From Lepidodermella squamata (Eukaryota; Animalia; Gastrotricha), in NCBI GenBank assembly GCA_047495785.1, contig JBLDXI010000028.1:1302001-1366000 (forward strand): 64,000 nt of DNA, in the 5' to 3' direction. Position 1 is the first letter of the stretch. Every line of letters starts with the position of its first letter. A program made the translations under genes and the position numbers. Of this stretch, positions 1 to 14,155 are shown one piece after another. The notes under the pieces were generated by a model, which did no database searches, was not told the DNA's origin, and worked only from the letters and a program-made list of their open reading frames with translations.

Positions 1-2085
1 ATGTTGAGTTGCTCGAAAATGTCTGGGCCGGTCTGGATATGTTGGTGTCAAAACGTCTCGAGCCGGAAGATTACCTGTCGAATATGAATTATCTACGCCA
101 AATCGTACATACAACCATCGGCAATTCAAAACCACCCCTGCCTGGTTTCGTCCTTACCAAAAAGGCCGTTCTTCCTATTTTGCCGATTTATCGCGATTGC
201 TTGTTGAACGGCACGCCGGAGGTGAAAGAATTGGCGGCTTGTGGTCTCGAAGAATTGGTCAACTATTCAAGCGCTGATGTGTTGAAAACTCAGGTTATCA
301 ACATAACCGGCCCGTTGATTCGAGTTTTGGGCGATCGTTTCGGCCCGAATGTCAAAACAGCGATTTTAGGCGCGTTGGACGCCCTCCTTAAGAGCTGCGG
401 GCCCCTGTTAAAGCCGTTTATTCCGCAACTGCAGACTACCTTCAACAAGTGTTTGATCGATACTCAACGACCGATCCGGCAACGTTGCGCCCAGGCCTAT
501 GGCGGTCTGGCGTCGATTCACATGAGGCCGGAGAGTTTGTTGACGGATTTGACGAATTTAGTTCGGTCGAATGCAAGTGAACCCGGCGTTCGCGAGTCGA
601 TTTTAGTCGCGATTCGTCGTTGTCTGCTGTGCCTGACCAACGGCCGATGCCCTGATGCTGGGGCTAGCGCGTTGTGCGACTGTCTCTTCCAGACTTTCGT
701 CTCATCGCCGGATATCACGACCCGCCAAGCTGCTGCCGGATGTGTCGGGACACTTCTAGTTGCTGGCTCTGACGCGTTTTTCGAGTCGACGATTAAATCG
801 AAGCTCATCAATATCGATGCGAACTCGCAGGAATGGGTGCAGGTGCATTTCAGGGTCATTTGCTTACAGCCGTTGTTGATTGCGGCCCCGCAGCGGTTGA
901 GCAAGTCGAATTTGTTGGCGCAAGTTGCCGGCTTCGCCAAAAAATGCGTCGAATCATCGCAGGTTATGCTCAAATCATCAGCGGCCCGACTTTGCCTCCA
1001 GGTTTTGAAATACCAGGTAAGGATTATTCTTCAAGACCAGTTTTTTAAACCTCCAGGTGTAATTCGAACGCTCTAAATTTAAAAAAAAGCTGACATATTG
1101 AAGCATCTGAATTTTTTTTATTTTCCGACGATCGACGCTTCTAATATCTTAGTTCGAATTTCCAAGCTCGAGGTTTCATATGTCATTATCATCTTTTGTT
1201 ATAATTGACCTTTTAGCGTGCTTATAACATTCTGAATTTCCTTGAAATAATATTGAGTGGCAATTTCGATTTTTTGACTAGTCAGCCCAGTTTATACCAC
1301 TTGAAGTTTTTAATCTATATTTGAGCCCCATTATTAGCTCTCATTCTGGAAATGATAGGAAATTTTTCTAACATTTAAGGCTGCGAATTGCTTTGTCATA
1401 TTAGCGACTCATTAATGGAAGGAATTTTATTTTTCGCAATTTTCAAATTTTCGAATATTTTTGGGAGATTTTTTGCTCAAGCAGTTTTGCAGTCGCTTCC
1501 ATTTTAATTTTTTCCTCCTTAAGCATCCTCCTGCAAATGGTGCCCATTCTCATTTTTTAATTGTATTTATTTTGAGCAACCACTAACATCGGTGGTTTTT
1601 CCGAGAAACTATGAAGGAATGAAATGAATAACGGATATTTCTTATTGAAAAATCGTTAGGTAACTGAACTGGCTGCTGATGCCGATCCAGATATCGTAGC
1701 TGCGTTGGTTGGCATTTTGAAATCAGGCTCGAACGAAGTGCGTGAGGTGATAGCTAGCATGTTGTACCAATTCGGCGTCGATGTGGCCGAGGACAAGGGC
1801 AAACAGCCGCCGAGCCCGAAATTCGTGAGTGAACTCGTGCCGCAGTTGGTTATGGGCACTAAAGAGAAGCAGATGACGCTGCGGCGCGCGTGCGAGTGCG
1901 CCCTAGTCGAGCTGTTGCGGCTGCGCGACCCATCGTCGGATATGTACGCGAAGGTCAGCGATTGCTTGGACAGTGGTATGAGTGAAACGCTGCGTGAGTT
2001 GCACTCGCGGGTGCTCAAGAAGCTGGCTGATCAGGCGCGGCCGAACTTGACGGTTGCGGACGATGAAACTGTGATTGAGGGGTGA
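1..2085 (+). CDS. GCN1: GCN1 (eIF2-alpha kinase activator, HEAT repeats), 3' part; exons <1-1016 and 1660-2085
   Basis: HEAT-repeat sequence includes VINITGPLIRVLGDRF and LLKPFIPQLQTTF, typical of the GCN1 C-terminal region. Donor CAG|GTAAGG at 1016/1017. Acceptor TTAG at 1659 is in frame with ORF 1705-2085. Confidence 0.9.
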
Positions 2086-2290
2086 TAGTTGCAAGAAGGA
2101 AAAAACATATGTTATATTCAGAGATGGTGATACAGGAAAAAGGCTTTCTTTATTTGTGAAGGTGATGTGTCATAATTAAAAATATGCTTAAAACAAGCTA
2201 AATGGAATAAGAATCGATAAGATTTAGCTCTTATTTATTGCCTCTTTAACCAATTTTTCTAGACGATCTTACTAATTATTTGCTCAGATA

Positions 2291-3347
2291 ATGTCTTTCG
2301 CTTTGGTGGCTCGAGAGGTAAGCTTCAATGCTAGATTTGTGTTTGTATTATTCACAAGCAAATTCTCATCATCCGAAATATTTCTCGTTCAAAGTGAAAA
2401 GATTGAATGTCTGTTCGAGTTAGACTGAACCAGTTCAGCAATGAATTTAATGGCTCATTTAAAAAACGGACTCGATCTACTTTTTCATAGTTCGAAAATG
2501 TATTTCGGTAGGTCCAGGCTTTTGCGTTCAAAATTTCTATCAACTCAAATTATGAGATTCTCGGTTTGATTTCCTGCGGTTCAATCGGACAGTCCGGAAC
2601 ATCGTATTTTAATATAAAATCAGAAAAATCAATGCCTTGTTTCGTGCCGAGAAATTTTCAATTCACGGCTGGTTGCATTTCATTGAAATTTTTATCATAA
2701 AACCACCCGTTGAAAAATTACGGATGTGGCGAAATTGCGGGATGGTGACGTCGCAGCGAGCTGTCTATTTTTTATTTAACAATATTATCTGCTTGCAGGT
2801 GGTATTCTCTGGCGAATGGTGGATCTACGTTGTATTCGCCATCCACATTCTCGCCACTGTTCTAATTATAGCCGGTCGGCGGTTGTTGATGATGGAATTG
2901 GTGTTATTCGTCATTCTTAGTAAGCCCAGTAGATACCGTTGACCTTATTGTTCTTGCAAAATTTATTGTCGTCGTTATAAATACAAAAACTACCTATGCT
3001 TATTTTTAATTCAGCCGTTATGGGCATGAGCGCTGAATCGATCAATGAACTAGGCGCTAAACACTGGCGCAGCTTTGCACGTGAGCAGTGGTTCGATAGT
3101 CGAGGCTATTTCATAGCCGTCATCTACACTATTCCGTTGATCACCAATTCGATATTGATTGTGGCAAGTTACTGCAAGTCGCACTCTTGCGAAATGCCGG
3201 GTTTTTTAACTTGTATGTAATCGCCCTGGTTTTTTATAGGTTTTATGGCTGAAAAGATTGGCAGATCTCGTTATTGTATTCGGGCGTATTCGTGTCAAAG
3301 AAAAGGCAAGGCGTGAACAGGAGGCTCAGAGTGACAAGCTGAAATAG
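2291..3347 (+). CDS. TMEM18: Transmembrane protein 18; exons 2291-2317, 2799-2919, 3015-3163, 3240-3347
   Basis: AESINELGAKHWRSFAREQWFDSRGYFIAVIYTIPLI matches the TMEM18 signature (AE.INE.AA..W..FS..QYFDS.G.FIS). Basic C-terminal tail. The third intron is GC-AG. Confidence 0.85.
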
Positions 3348-4989
3348 TCCTTAGAACCACCTTAAAATAATACAACTCAAATTTTTATGCTTCTCCTCGA
3401 TTAAATTTTGTTTTATTTTGTCTCATCTAGATATTTTAATTTAAAAATAATTAATACCAGTCCCAAGTTTTGCTGTATAGTCGGTAAGGTTTGCAGACTT
3501 TTCGACAAATTTCAGCCTTTTTCACTAGTTTATTACTATGTTGCCCATCTCGGAATTTTCGCTAGCTAATTTTTTCTTAATTTTTGCTTTTTACTGCGCT
3601 TCGGTTCATTTCAAATTTCAGCTAAAAAAATGTGTTGATGGACCAAACTCTGTTATCTATCGGATTTCTGTTGTACTTGAGTTGAGTCATTCCTAGGAAT
3701 TTGCAATTTAACTCGTAGTGAAATTTTTTCTTGCATTTTTTTGCGTTACAACTCACACGACTCGTGCACGTGAAAACGTCTCAAATATCACCGCTCGTGA
3801 GTTGTGCAGTGAAAGTCGCGCTTTGCTAGATGAGGAAACTCGTTCGATCGCACCTGCCTATGTTTTTGTAGGGCGTTGAGAGCTATGGGCATCAGCTATT
3901 GGCAGGAAAAGCTGTCATGATGTACTCTTCAAAAGTGTATTAAATATCATCGGTGATTGTTCGAATCTCTTCTAATGCATTTTTTCTCCTTTCCTCGAGA
4001 TCGTGTCGAATGGGCTGCTGGCGGCGCTCGTTCGCCGCGTAACTTAGCCTTTTTAATTTTCAGCGATCGATTGAAGCGTGGAGATGCGATCGTGCTGTTT
4101 TTTTACAGATATTTTTTCGCCCATCTTCTATCTATCTATCTATCTCGCTAGTCTGTATGGCGGCTGTGATGATGATGATGATGAAGGTGCGGAACCGTCA
4201 GGGCGGGGTGTAGAGTGTATATATCGCGCTCGTTTGGGCACGCACGCCGTCATCTTTCTTCTTAGCATATAGCATATGTAGTACATACGTATATATAAAT
4301 CGGATATTGATCAATAAACTACGACGAGCAATACTACTGTGCACATCTATTTGTTATATGTTTTTTTCGCTGTATAAACGTATCGACTATGCATGTGATA
4401 TAGAAATGTACTGTACATTCGTTCGTAAGTATATAGATGTGCGCCTTTGTTGCCTCCACGTCACGCGCGCTGTGATATATGTTGTAGTCTTTGAATTGCC
4501 TCTCTTCGTCGCATGCCCTGCTCCCTTAGCGGTCTAATTTAATTACAAATTTGCACCACGCGGCATCGCAAGCTTTGACCGTTGCTCAGGATCGCGAATC
4601 CGCTGCAAATTAGGCAACAGCCAAATGTTGTTGTATCATCGCTATTTTGTTTTAACGATTTTTTCCCGAATTCGAGGCGCACTTGTAAGGGTTGCTGCAT
4701 TGTTCGCATAGAAACTATGACGTGAAATCGAACAAGACATCACCTGTCATCGTTGATTTTTCTCCGCTTCATAGAAAAAATACCTGAAAATTGTTTATTC
4801 CCATGTTTAAATTGACTACGTTCCATCTAGGTGATGTTTTATGACACATTTTGAACGAAAAATCACGTTAAAGTATGGACAGCGTGTTATTTCTGTTTCG
4901 CTGAATGATGAATTTTACTATTGAAACGACTATTGCCAGTTGTCTCCGGAATTTTGTTGTGCGTCTACATAAACCAGTTACTTATCTGC

Positions 4990-7900
4990 ATGAATTCCAC
5001 CGCCGTTCAACTGAGTGACGTATCATCTACTCTACCTTCAATATTTCCAGACGATGTACTACAAGTGAGCGATTTTCAATGTCAATTTGTCTGAATTTTA
5101 TTGATAATTCTTACCAGGCTATCGATGGTTTTGTTATTATCATCACACCGCAGGGCCACATTGAATTTGTTTCGGATAATGTAACTGAGGTTTTACGTTA
5201 TCCACCGGTTAGTTATAATAGTGTTCATTTTCTATTTTTAATAGCAATTTTGCAAAAGCGCGTGCGTGGATTCTATTTATAACCTGCTCCCCGACGAATT
5301 TTTTCTATCCAGTCACCTGATACTCTATCATAAGGCGCTAGAATTTTCACATTTTCAGTTTGTTGAATTTTAGTGCTAGGAGCGACCTGCTTTTAAAAAT
5401 CAATTTTAAATTTCCTTTCTTGAAAGCGCGTTCATGTTGCATCAGGTATGCCAAAATTTTCAAACTTTAAGCAGTCCTGTTCTAGTTTAAGCTAGATATA
5501 GGGTTTTCTTATTAATTTAATTTTTATTGGGTCACAAGATGCTTAACTAAAGACGCATTCTAGTGCTAGATTTGTCGAATCTACCGTATTTTCCGTATAG
5601 CTTCATTTACCCGTTATTACCAATTACCACCCGTCCCGTTTGCAACCTCCGTGTTTTAGGCCCTTGATAAAATAAAGCCTCATGCCCGCTATAGCTACCC
5701 GCGATCTAAATTTTAAATCAAACTTCGATAATCGCATTTAAAATAATTGCGCACAATTTTTTGAAATTCTTTTCTGAGGCGTTTGATGGGCATGTATGAT
5801 GGAAAATGGCGAAACATAGCTGAGTGAGAGAATTCAAGCAGCAAACATGCCAAAGTAGCTATCGATTTCCTAGCAAACATTTCAAAAAAAACTAAAAACC
5901 TAACATTTTCAGAAATTCGCATCGCCCTCTAACGATAATTTCTCGATTTGATGAACAGCTGTTGCTTTCAGTTCAAAAATTATCAAGTTATTTTAATTTG
6001 TACTCAATTTTAACTTTGAAAACTTGCTTTGAACTATTAGAGTCGCATGCTCGCGTTTGTAACACGTCCCGTTTACAACCCCCTTTTTCGAAGCTTTGAA
6101 ATTACAATGCCCCCTGAAGCTATTACGGAAAATAGGGTATTCAAAGTAAAATTCAGAATTTTCATTTATTTCTTTTTAATTTAGGGAAGATTATTTTCAA
6201 ATGAAAGTTTTTTGTCTTGGCAAATTAGTACTGCGAAAAATTCTGAATTTTAAGAAAAATTAAATTACCAAGTTTCCCCTGATATAGATGTCACTTGATT
6301 TTGAAGTCATACTTTGAAATTGAGACCCCGGACTAGGTGAGCGTCGCAAATTCGCTTAAAATTTTTAGTTCTGAATTCATGTCCTAAATAATTTTGTTTA
6401 ATGACTGGTGGTTTTCTACTGCTAATTCAATTACTGTATGATAATTTTCGGAATTTTAATTGAAAGAGGCGATTATTCACCGCAAAAATTTCACGCAAAA
6501 TGCGTAATTAGTCTTTTCCATCTAATCAGGTGTCAATATGTCATCGCAATTCGGCATACTCCCACCTGCTATGCGTACCAATGTATTACAAAGGTTATGC
6601 GTTATCGCTTTATTGGATTGCGATACGCTCGAATTTGAGAATTCCTACTAGTTCCGCATCGTTGATTTTTTCAAAATGCGCGTCATCTGCTGTCAGGAAA
6701 AAATTCGCGATTGTTGCGCAATTTATTATCACCTATAATTAGTGTGTTTACTCTGTGGCTAAGCTCTTTCATTTTTTGTCTTAATACAGGACGAGATACG
6801 AGGCCGGTCACTATACAGTTTTCTGGCCGTAGATTCACACTTCGAGTTGAGCAATTGTTTGTGCACGCTGAACTCGAACGCCGCCGACTATAACCGACAA
6901 GACCGTCCATATGTATTCAACTGCCGCATGAGCGTGAAGCCGCGTTCTCAGATCGGCATTAATAACAGCATCTCTAAAGGAACAACTCACCCCCTTCACG
7001 AACAGCAGCGATTTGAAAATATTCAAGTTTGTTCAAGCTATAGCTATCATGCATGCTGTTTTTTATGTTGTAGAAATTTTTATGACATTTTTTTCCGTGG
7101 TGTTCTCACAATAACCCCCACCCCACAATTGCTTGCGCTTAACTAACACAATTAAATGTCGTCGTGCATGGCCGAGTATGGGCCAAATGTCAAAAATTTC
7201 ATGAGTTCACTGCAAGATAATGATGATAATACGAATGACTCACAGATATCGGTGCACGTGCAACAGCCTGGTAGTAACTCTTCGCCCGCTTCGGCGACGC
7301 CGAACTCGACCGGCGGCGATACGTTGAGCAAGACGTCGACGAAGAACGCGTCGCTGACGCCCGTTGACTTTGCGTCGATCGGCGACTTGTCGAAATCGTC
7401 CAACGCAACCCCGTCAACGCCTGCCTCGCCTAGCCAGAGCAGCAATCCGAAACTCGTGTGCATTGCGAAGCGGCGCCGCTCGGCGCAGGCCGCCGCCCAC
7501 CTGTTGTCGCACATGGGAATGCAACAGTTTCACATGCGCCTCGACCTGTCCGGCACGATCCTAGACTACGACGGCTCGGGACTGCACTGCGGTGATTACC
7601 AGATACCCGGATGCGTCGGCTCGAATATTCGCGATTTTTGCATCGAGCACGATCGCCACCTCGTAGACGAATTGTTTCGGACAGGTAAAATATGCGCATT
7701 TTTTGATAAAAAATTGAAAATGTCCAATAATTTGTCGATTCGAGAAAAAAATTGGGAAAAAATTGCATAAAAATATGTTAATTTTTCGCATTTTAAAGCC
7801 TGCTTCAACTGGGCTCGTAGCCTCCGAAGAGAACTTAGGGGCCGCAATTTAGGAGATTTTGCGTTTGGAACTCGGAATTTTTTTATTAAAAACCCTTAAT

Positions 7901-10900
7901 TTGTCGGTTTTTATAATTGAATTTCATAACTGAGTTATATTCAATTTTTGAGAATGAGAAAGAAAATTACACGATAGTTAGGGAATCTAATTTTCCTAAT
8001 TTTAATTTCTTGTTTCGGGAATGATCAACGAATGCTCGGGCAACGGCGAAAATTACGTAGCGTGTCCGTGTAGAAGGACACAAGTTTAACATACTTTATA
8101 CAATATTGAAGATTTCTACCTAGTATTTAATGCGAGATTTGATGTATTTTAAAGATTTATTCTGTGAATTCTTTTATTTATGTCATTTTTTATTTGTAAT
8201 TTCAGCGATCGATAAAGGCACCGTCTGGAAAGTATACCGGTTCAAGTTTTCGGACAGCGTTTACGCCTTTGTGCAGACGGAATTTTCGCTGGTCCGCAGC
8301 CCGTCTAATAATCAACCCCAGTGTATCTATGCGAGTCATACAATCGTGAGGTACAATTTTTTTCTTTTATTTTTTTCGCCATGAGTTTTCGGGAACAAAA
8401 TTTCTTCAAAATTGTGCATAGCTCCTTTCATCAAAAATCAAAAAGATATCAAATGGATTATTACTAACTATCTTTAATACTTTGAGTTTAACGGAAAAGA
8501 AGAATTACAGTATAAATTTGAATTCGATTGAATTCGATATCGATTTGAACTGCCAGAATTCTATTACAAAATGCTTTGAGAAATTCGTTCATCAAGGAAT
8601 TGTTTACCAATTAAGTTAATTTTAAATTCGTCGAATATTCTTTTTTTATTTTAATTTGTTTTACCCGAGTATTGAGGAGCTATAAAGGCGTTTAATTTTG
8701 GATTTTTAAGTACAACCTGCAGTTCCATAATTTCGGTTCGGGATGGTTGATTTAAATAATTCCTGTTTGTAATTGCAGAGAATGCGATAGTGAATCTGTG
8801 CTGAAGGGCTCGTCGACAACCGGCCTCATGAAGTCGGTGATGCAATCGACGCCGAACACGTTCGGCCAACGCCCGTCCGCCGTCGCTGCCGCCCAGCCGC
8901 CGATGCAAGTGTCGCCGGCGCCGGGCAACAACTCATTCCCGCCCGTCGACCCGCCCGTCCCGCCTCCGCCCCCGGTCAACCACGTGCAGGCCAGCCAGAA
9001 CAGCTACATGATGCCGTCGTCGGTCGGTCAGCAGCAGCAGCCGCCTCGCAACCCGGTGCAAGCGATGCCGGTGGCGAGCGAGCCGCACCCGAACGTGGTC
9101 TACAACCCGCAGATGCAATCGATGCTCGATCAAAACGGGTCGTACTACAACCAGGGTCCACCGGTCCAGCCGCCTCCGCCTCAACCCCCGATGCCTCCTC
9201 AGCAGCACCCGCAGTTCCCGCCAACCCCTCGGTCCAACTCAACGGCGCCCGGTTCCAATTACCAGTACTATGGCAGCGATTCTGGGCCTCACTCCAATTA
9301 CTCGACCTACTCGAACACGCCCTATGGCTCGGAAATGGGTCAACCAGCCACGCCCGGCCTCTCACCCTCGCCCTACCCTTATCCGCCGACTCCATACTCG
9401 AATCCGCGAACCTTTCATCACCAACCCCAAATGCCCGGTAAGATATTTTTACTTTATAATTTACTTTTTAATTTTCGGACTTGAAATTATTTTTTCAAAT
9501 TTTATGCGGAGTTGCATCCTTCAATATCAAAATTACGTTTAATAAGTCATATGACAAAATTATGAGGCATGAATTTTGAATTCACTTGTTATCAAATTCT
9601 ATTGGGTCTAAATATTGTGCCATAAGTATTGAGGTTCCAATTGTACATTTTAGCGACCTGGTTAGCAACTTTTCCGATTCTTTGAGATATCGACAGTTTC
9701 TTTCCTTGATCAATACTGAGCCTAGGATATTCAATTTGTAGCTACTTAGTTCCATCGTGGCCAGTCCAGTTAGGAACATTGTGGACTTATCTTGTCGGAA
9801 AAATCGCTGATTTTTAAAATCGATACTCATAAAATGACCGCTCATAGCCTGAAATAGTGAGATCTATCGGTTAGGTATTTATGAAAGTTGCAGATTTTAG
9901 GCATGACAGGAAAGTCAGGAAACCATAATATTTCCTCAAATTTATTGAGCCTCAGAGCCTCAAATTTATTGCTGGGAACCTTTGGAGTGTCCAGTAAGCA
10001 CAGCCGTGTTATGCTACGCTACAATCTCGCTATAAATTTAGTGGGGATGATCGATTTTGCTATTGGTCATCCGATATGTGCATGGATTGATGGCATTTCC
10101 TTCATTAAAATTGTCTCGCGCGGCTAAAATTATGTAGGTTGGCTTTATTTGATTTTTCTGATAAAGCTTTTTATAGCTGAATTTTCCGTTTTTAACCAAT
10201 GAACCCCCGCTTATTCCGAGATTCTTTGATTTTGATATTAGCGACGCGTACATTATCTGACTAAAAACAGGTAAAAGAGGTCATAATTGAAGCTAGGAAA
10301 GTGGATTTTTCACTTGAAGTGAGGATGGCGGGGTGATGGTTAATATCAATTACTTTTGACACTTGTCTATAGCAATAGAGTTAAGCGGACGTAGCTGGCT
10401 ATATGTAATGACTTTGATTCGACTTGGCAGCTCTATATACTGATAGAAAACAGGTGTTAATTGAATGCTTTTGCGACTATTTTTTTGCTACGGATATTTG
10501 TATTAAAATGCTGGCTTATTCGTACTCAGGTGGCCCCGACCGGCGTATGAACGACCCGATGGACCCGTTGTGCATGCCCATGTCGAATAACTACCCCGGG
10601 CCGTCACCTGGGCCGGCTTACAACACCAACAACAACTACGGCCAGCCTATGGTGCCGCCGCAGCAGAAGCGCATGATGGGCGGGCCGGGCGGTTACTCGC
10701 CGGGTGGCGGCTACCCGGGCGCACCGATGCCGAGCCCCGTCGGCCATCTGCAGCACATGCCGCCGCAACACAGGCCGCAACCACCACCACCTCCGCCGCC
10801 GCAGCATCAAATGCTGCCGCAGCACCACTCGCCAATGTACCCACCCAACCAAAACTTCATTCCACCTCAATCTCAAGCACCGCCGATGATGGCGAAGCCG

Positions 10901-13900
10901 TCGCCTTTTTACGACGATCGGCAGCATTTAAATGGCCATCATCATCCTCAGCAACAGCAACAACAGCAGCAACAACAACAGCAACAACAGCAGCCGGTTG
11001 AAATGCTGGAGCAGTTGCTAGGCGATCCACCTGTGCCGTCTTCGGTGAATTCGGGTGTCAACTCGACGCGGTCGCCGTCGCTGCTCATGATGATGATGGG
11101 CCCGTCGGACGTGCCGACGCCGCCCGGTCAGCAGAATCAGCAGTCGCCGGATACTTCCAGCCGGCAGCAGCAGCAACAACAGCATTCCATGGCGCAGAGA
11201 AATGCCCGTAAGTTTCCGATTTCTTCGGAAATTTTCAAAAAAAATCAGATAATAATTTTCCAGTTTGCTGTACAAATTAAAATTTAATTCAATTAAAATT
11301 TAATTAAAATTAAAATTAAAATAGTCCGTATCGAGTTTTGAATTTGTGATCGCCAGAAGTGACAGAAAGTTGTCCATATTTTAATAGGAAATCGTTAAGC
11401 AGTCTATTTTTAGCTATGGGGCAACTAATAAGAGGAAAAACTACACATTTGTAATCTGTAATTTGATACTTGGGCGAACTTGTCTTTGCGTTACGTCCTT
11501 GACTAGTCTGATGGTTCGTGTTTGAACTTTCATGTCTGAGATCAAAGGCTGGTCTGGATCAAAATAGGCATCATTTCATTCGCTGTGGACGTTAATTTGC
11601 CATTGAAAGAGACATATTTTTCAAAAATTATAAACAATTGCTGAGAGAAATTGAGTGTTTTGACTTTAATGTAGGGTTGCAGTGAAAAATTTTCCTGCGA
11701 TAATTTTTTAAATATTGATTTAAATTCTTCTCGGCAGTAAATTTTCTCGAATACTTTCTCAACATTTATGGAAAGCTGGACCTAGTTTGCTGTTTTCGCC
11801 CGTCGTTAAAATTTGCCCAATTATAAATGTCAAATGGACAAGAGTGTGACTAATTTTCGAGAAAATAAGATTTCTCGGAACGGAAGAAATGTACCCACTT
11901 GAAATGTGTCAATTAATTGTGGGGAATTTGACAGTTGGATTAATTAAATTTTTTGTTTTCGCTGCAGTCTCAGGATCAAAGCGAGGTGAACCTGACTCGA
12001 GCAACAACAACGCTAGTCGCTTGAAGCGCTCGGGCTCGATCGCCTCGCCCGCTGACGCGTCGGCAAGCAAGCGCGGCCGGCCGGGCGCGGGCAACACTGC
12101 CGACTCCTCGTCGACGTCGCTGTTCCCCGACAAGGACCAGACGGCGTCGTATCTTCTCGATTTGCAACCTCAACAGCAACAACACCAGCAGCCGTCTAAT
12201 CAGCAGCAACGGCCTTACGATCCATCGTCATCCGTTCCGAATCGATCGGTGGCCAATGAGGACTCTATATTACCATGGCTTGAAGTGAGAATTTGAACAT
12301 TTCGAAAATAAATGCGAAAAAATTCTGAAAAAATTGAATTAAAATTTTCTAAAATATTTTCTTGAAAGGAGGAGAATTGGCTAATTTTCCTTAAAATTAA
12401 AGATTTGAAGGCAATTTTTTTACCTTGAAACCAAAGTACTTCCAAATTTCGCTATTTTTCACGATTTTTTCAGTTTTTTGATGAATTGTATATTTAATTT
12501 GGGTAATATCTTGAAAAATCTCGCGGAAATTCATAATTTTAGACTATTAGGATCTAATTAGGATCTAATATTTTAAATATTTTATAGACTATTTTAAAAT
12601 TGATTGTATTGATTTATATTTTTTAAGGATTCCAACAAACAGTCAAATGACAACCTCGAATCGCTATTCAGCGGAGTTTCGGCGCCCTCTGCCATCCCGA
12701 CCAATGTCAGTGAGAGCAGTATGGACCCGCAACAGGCGTCTTACGTCGCTGAATTCATGTCCCTCGGCCAGACCCCGACGTCTTCGGATGACTCGCAGCA
12801 ACGGCACTCGCACCATCACAGGAAAAGCCACAAGTCAGGCAACAGCAACCATCAAGATCGCATGGTGGTAAGTCAGAAATTCAATTTTCCAAAAATTAAT
12901 GAATCAAAATTGGATAAGATTTCTGAAGCTGGGGAATCTTTTAGATTACTTGATCTTTTTTTGTAAAAATCTGAGAGGATTGTTGAGATTTTTCGAGAAT
13001 TCCTGAATCTGGCATAGAGCGATTTATCCAAAGTTTTCGAAGAAAGTCGCGGGTCGGAAAATTGCTCGACTTTTTCATCATTTTGAATATTTTTTAATTT
13101 TATTTTTTTTATTATTTCAGGCCGTCGTGGCTCCCTCGTCTCAGCCTGGTCCGATGCCTGGTCCGGGCGGCGGCATGATGGGCATGGACTACGGCGCCCC
13201 GTTCGTCAATACCAACTGCGCCATGGACCAGGGCCTGCAGCCGGCCGGCATGTGGGGCGGCGTCAACTCGCCGATGATGCAGCGCTCGCCCGGCTCCTCA
13301 CAGCCGTACATGAACTCGCCGATGCAGGGCGGTGGAGGTGGGTGGAACAACGCGCCGCCCGGCATGGCTGACATGAACAACCGCTTCCCGCCCGGCCAGG
13401 AACGGCCGCCGATGCACGACTTCGTACGGCAGCGCCTCGCCGGTCACTGCAACAGCCGGCAGCAGCAGCAGCAGCAACAACAGCAGCAAATGCAGGCGAC
13501 AATGCAGCGGCCGCCGCAGTTCAACGAGCCGGACATGCTGCCGAACCGATCTCAATCGGCGTGGGGCGCCGACCCGTACGGCGTCGACCCAGCCGCCAAC
13601 TTCGCATCACCGCGGTCGAACATGCCGGCGCAACACTCGCCGCGCCAGTCCGCCGCTATCATGCCGATGGGCGGCGCCCAGCCCCAACCTCGCTCGCTAT
13701 TCCCCGACTCGAGGCAGCAGCAACAGCAACAGCAACAACAACAACAACAGCAGCAAAATATGTATGGAAGACCGCCCGGCCCGCCCAGCCGGCCGAATAA
13801 CCTACTGCCGATGGATAGGTCGCCGTACCCGGCGCAGTCGCAGGGCGGCGGGTTCGGGCCGGGTTCGATGGACCTGGGCGTTTTGAACCCGCACTCTTCG

Positions 13901-14155
13901 GCGCTGTCGCAACTGCTGCAGGACCCGTACCCGCCCGGGCCAATGGCGCCGGCCGCCGTGCCGCCGCCCATCGTACCGCCGGTGCCGCAAATGAACATGA
14001 TGCTCAACAACCAGAACGGCCAATCAGGCGTGAACGCGGCGAACAACGCGTCGCTGGCGAATCTGCTCGACGTGGCGCCGCCGTCGTCGCTTGGCTCGCT
14101 GGGTGCCGGGCGGAACATCGACCCCTCGATACTCGAGGAATTGTTGCGTGACTGA
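4990..14155 (+). CDS. p160 nuclear receptor coactivator (NCOA/SRC/Taiman-like): PAS-A, PAS-B, Q/P-rich region, LxxLL boxes. Approximate exons 4990-5064, 5118-5207, 6790-7026, 7246-7684, 8206-8350, 8779-9437, 10530-11207, 11968-12284, 12628-12867, 13121-14155
   Basis: AVQLSDVSST, AIDGFVIIITPQGHIEFVSDNV, YVFNCRM, QRFENIQ, LVCIAKR and YRFKFSDSVYAFVQT...HTIVRE parallel NCOA1-3/Taiman PAS motifs. LxxLL at LEQLL, LSQLL, LANLL and terminal LEELL. Poly-Q tracts. Splice phases are consistent. The start codon is uncertain. Confidence 0.82.
5584..6137. mobile_element. Tc1/mariner (pogo-like) MITE in an NCOA intron
   Basis: Imperfect TIRs CCGTATTTTCCGTATAGCTTCA / TGAAGCTATTACGGAAAATAGGG flanked by TA on both sides; internal repeat CGTCCCGTTTrCAACC. 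Confidence 0.7.

Noticed and set aside
7156-7245. Non-canonical acceptor or start at MSSCM in the NCOA gene
   Set aside because: A normal CACAG acceptor at 7245 gives ENIQ|ISVHVQQP, which fits the family better.
13189-14118. Antisense ORFs, including a poly-Cys ORF
   Set aside because: They are shadows of the GC-rich, poly-Q coding exon on the + strand.
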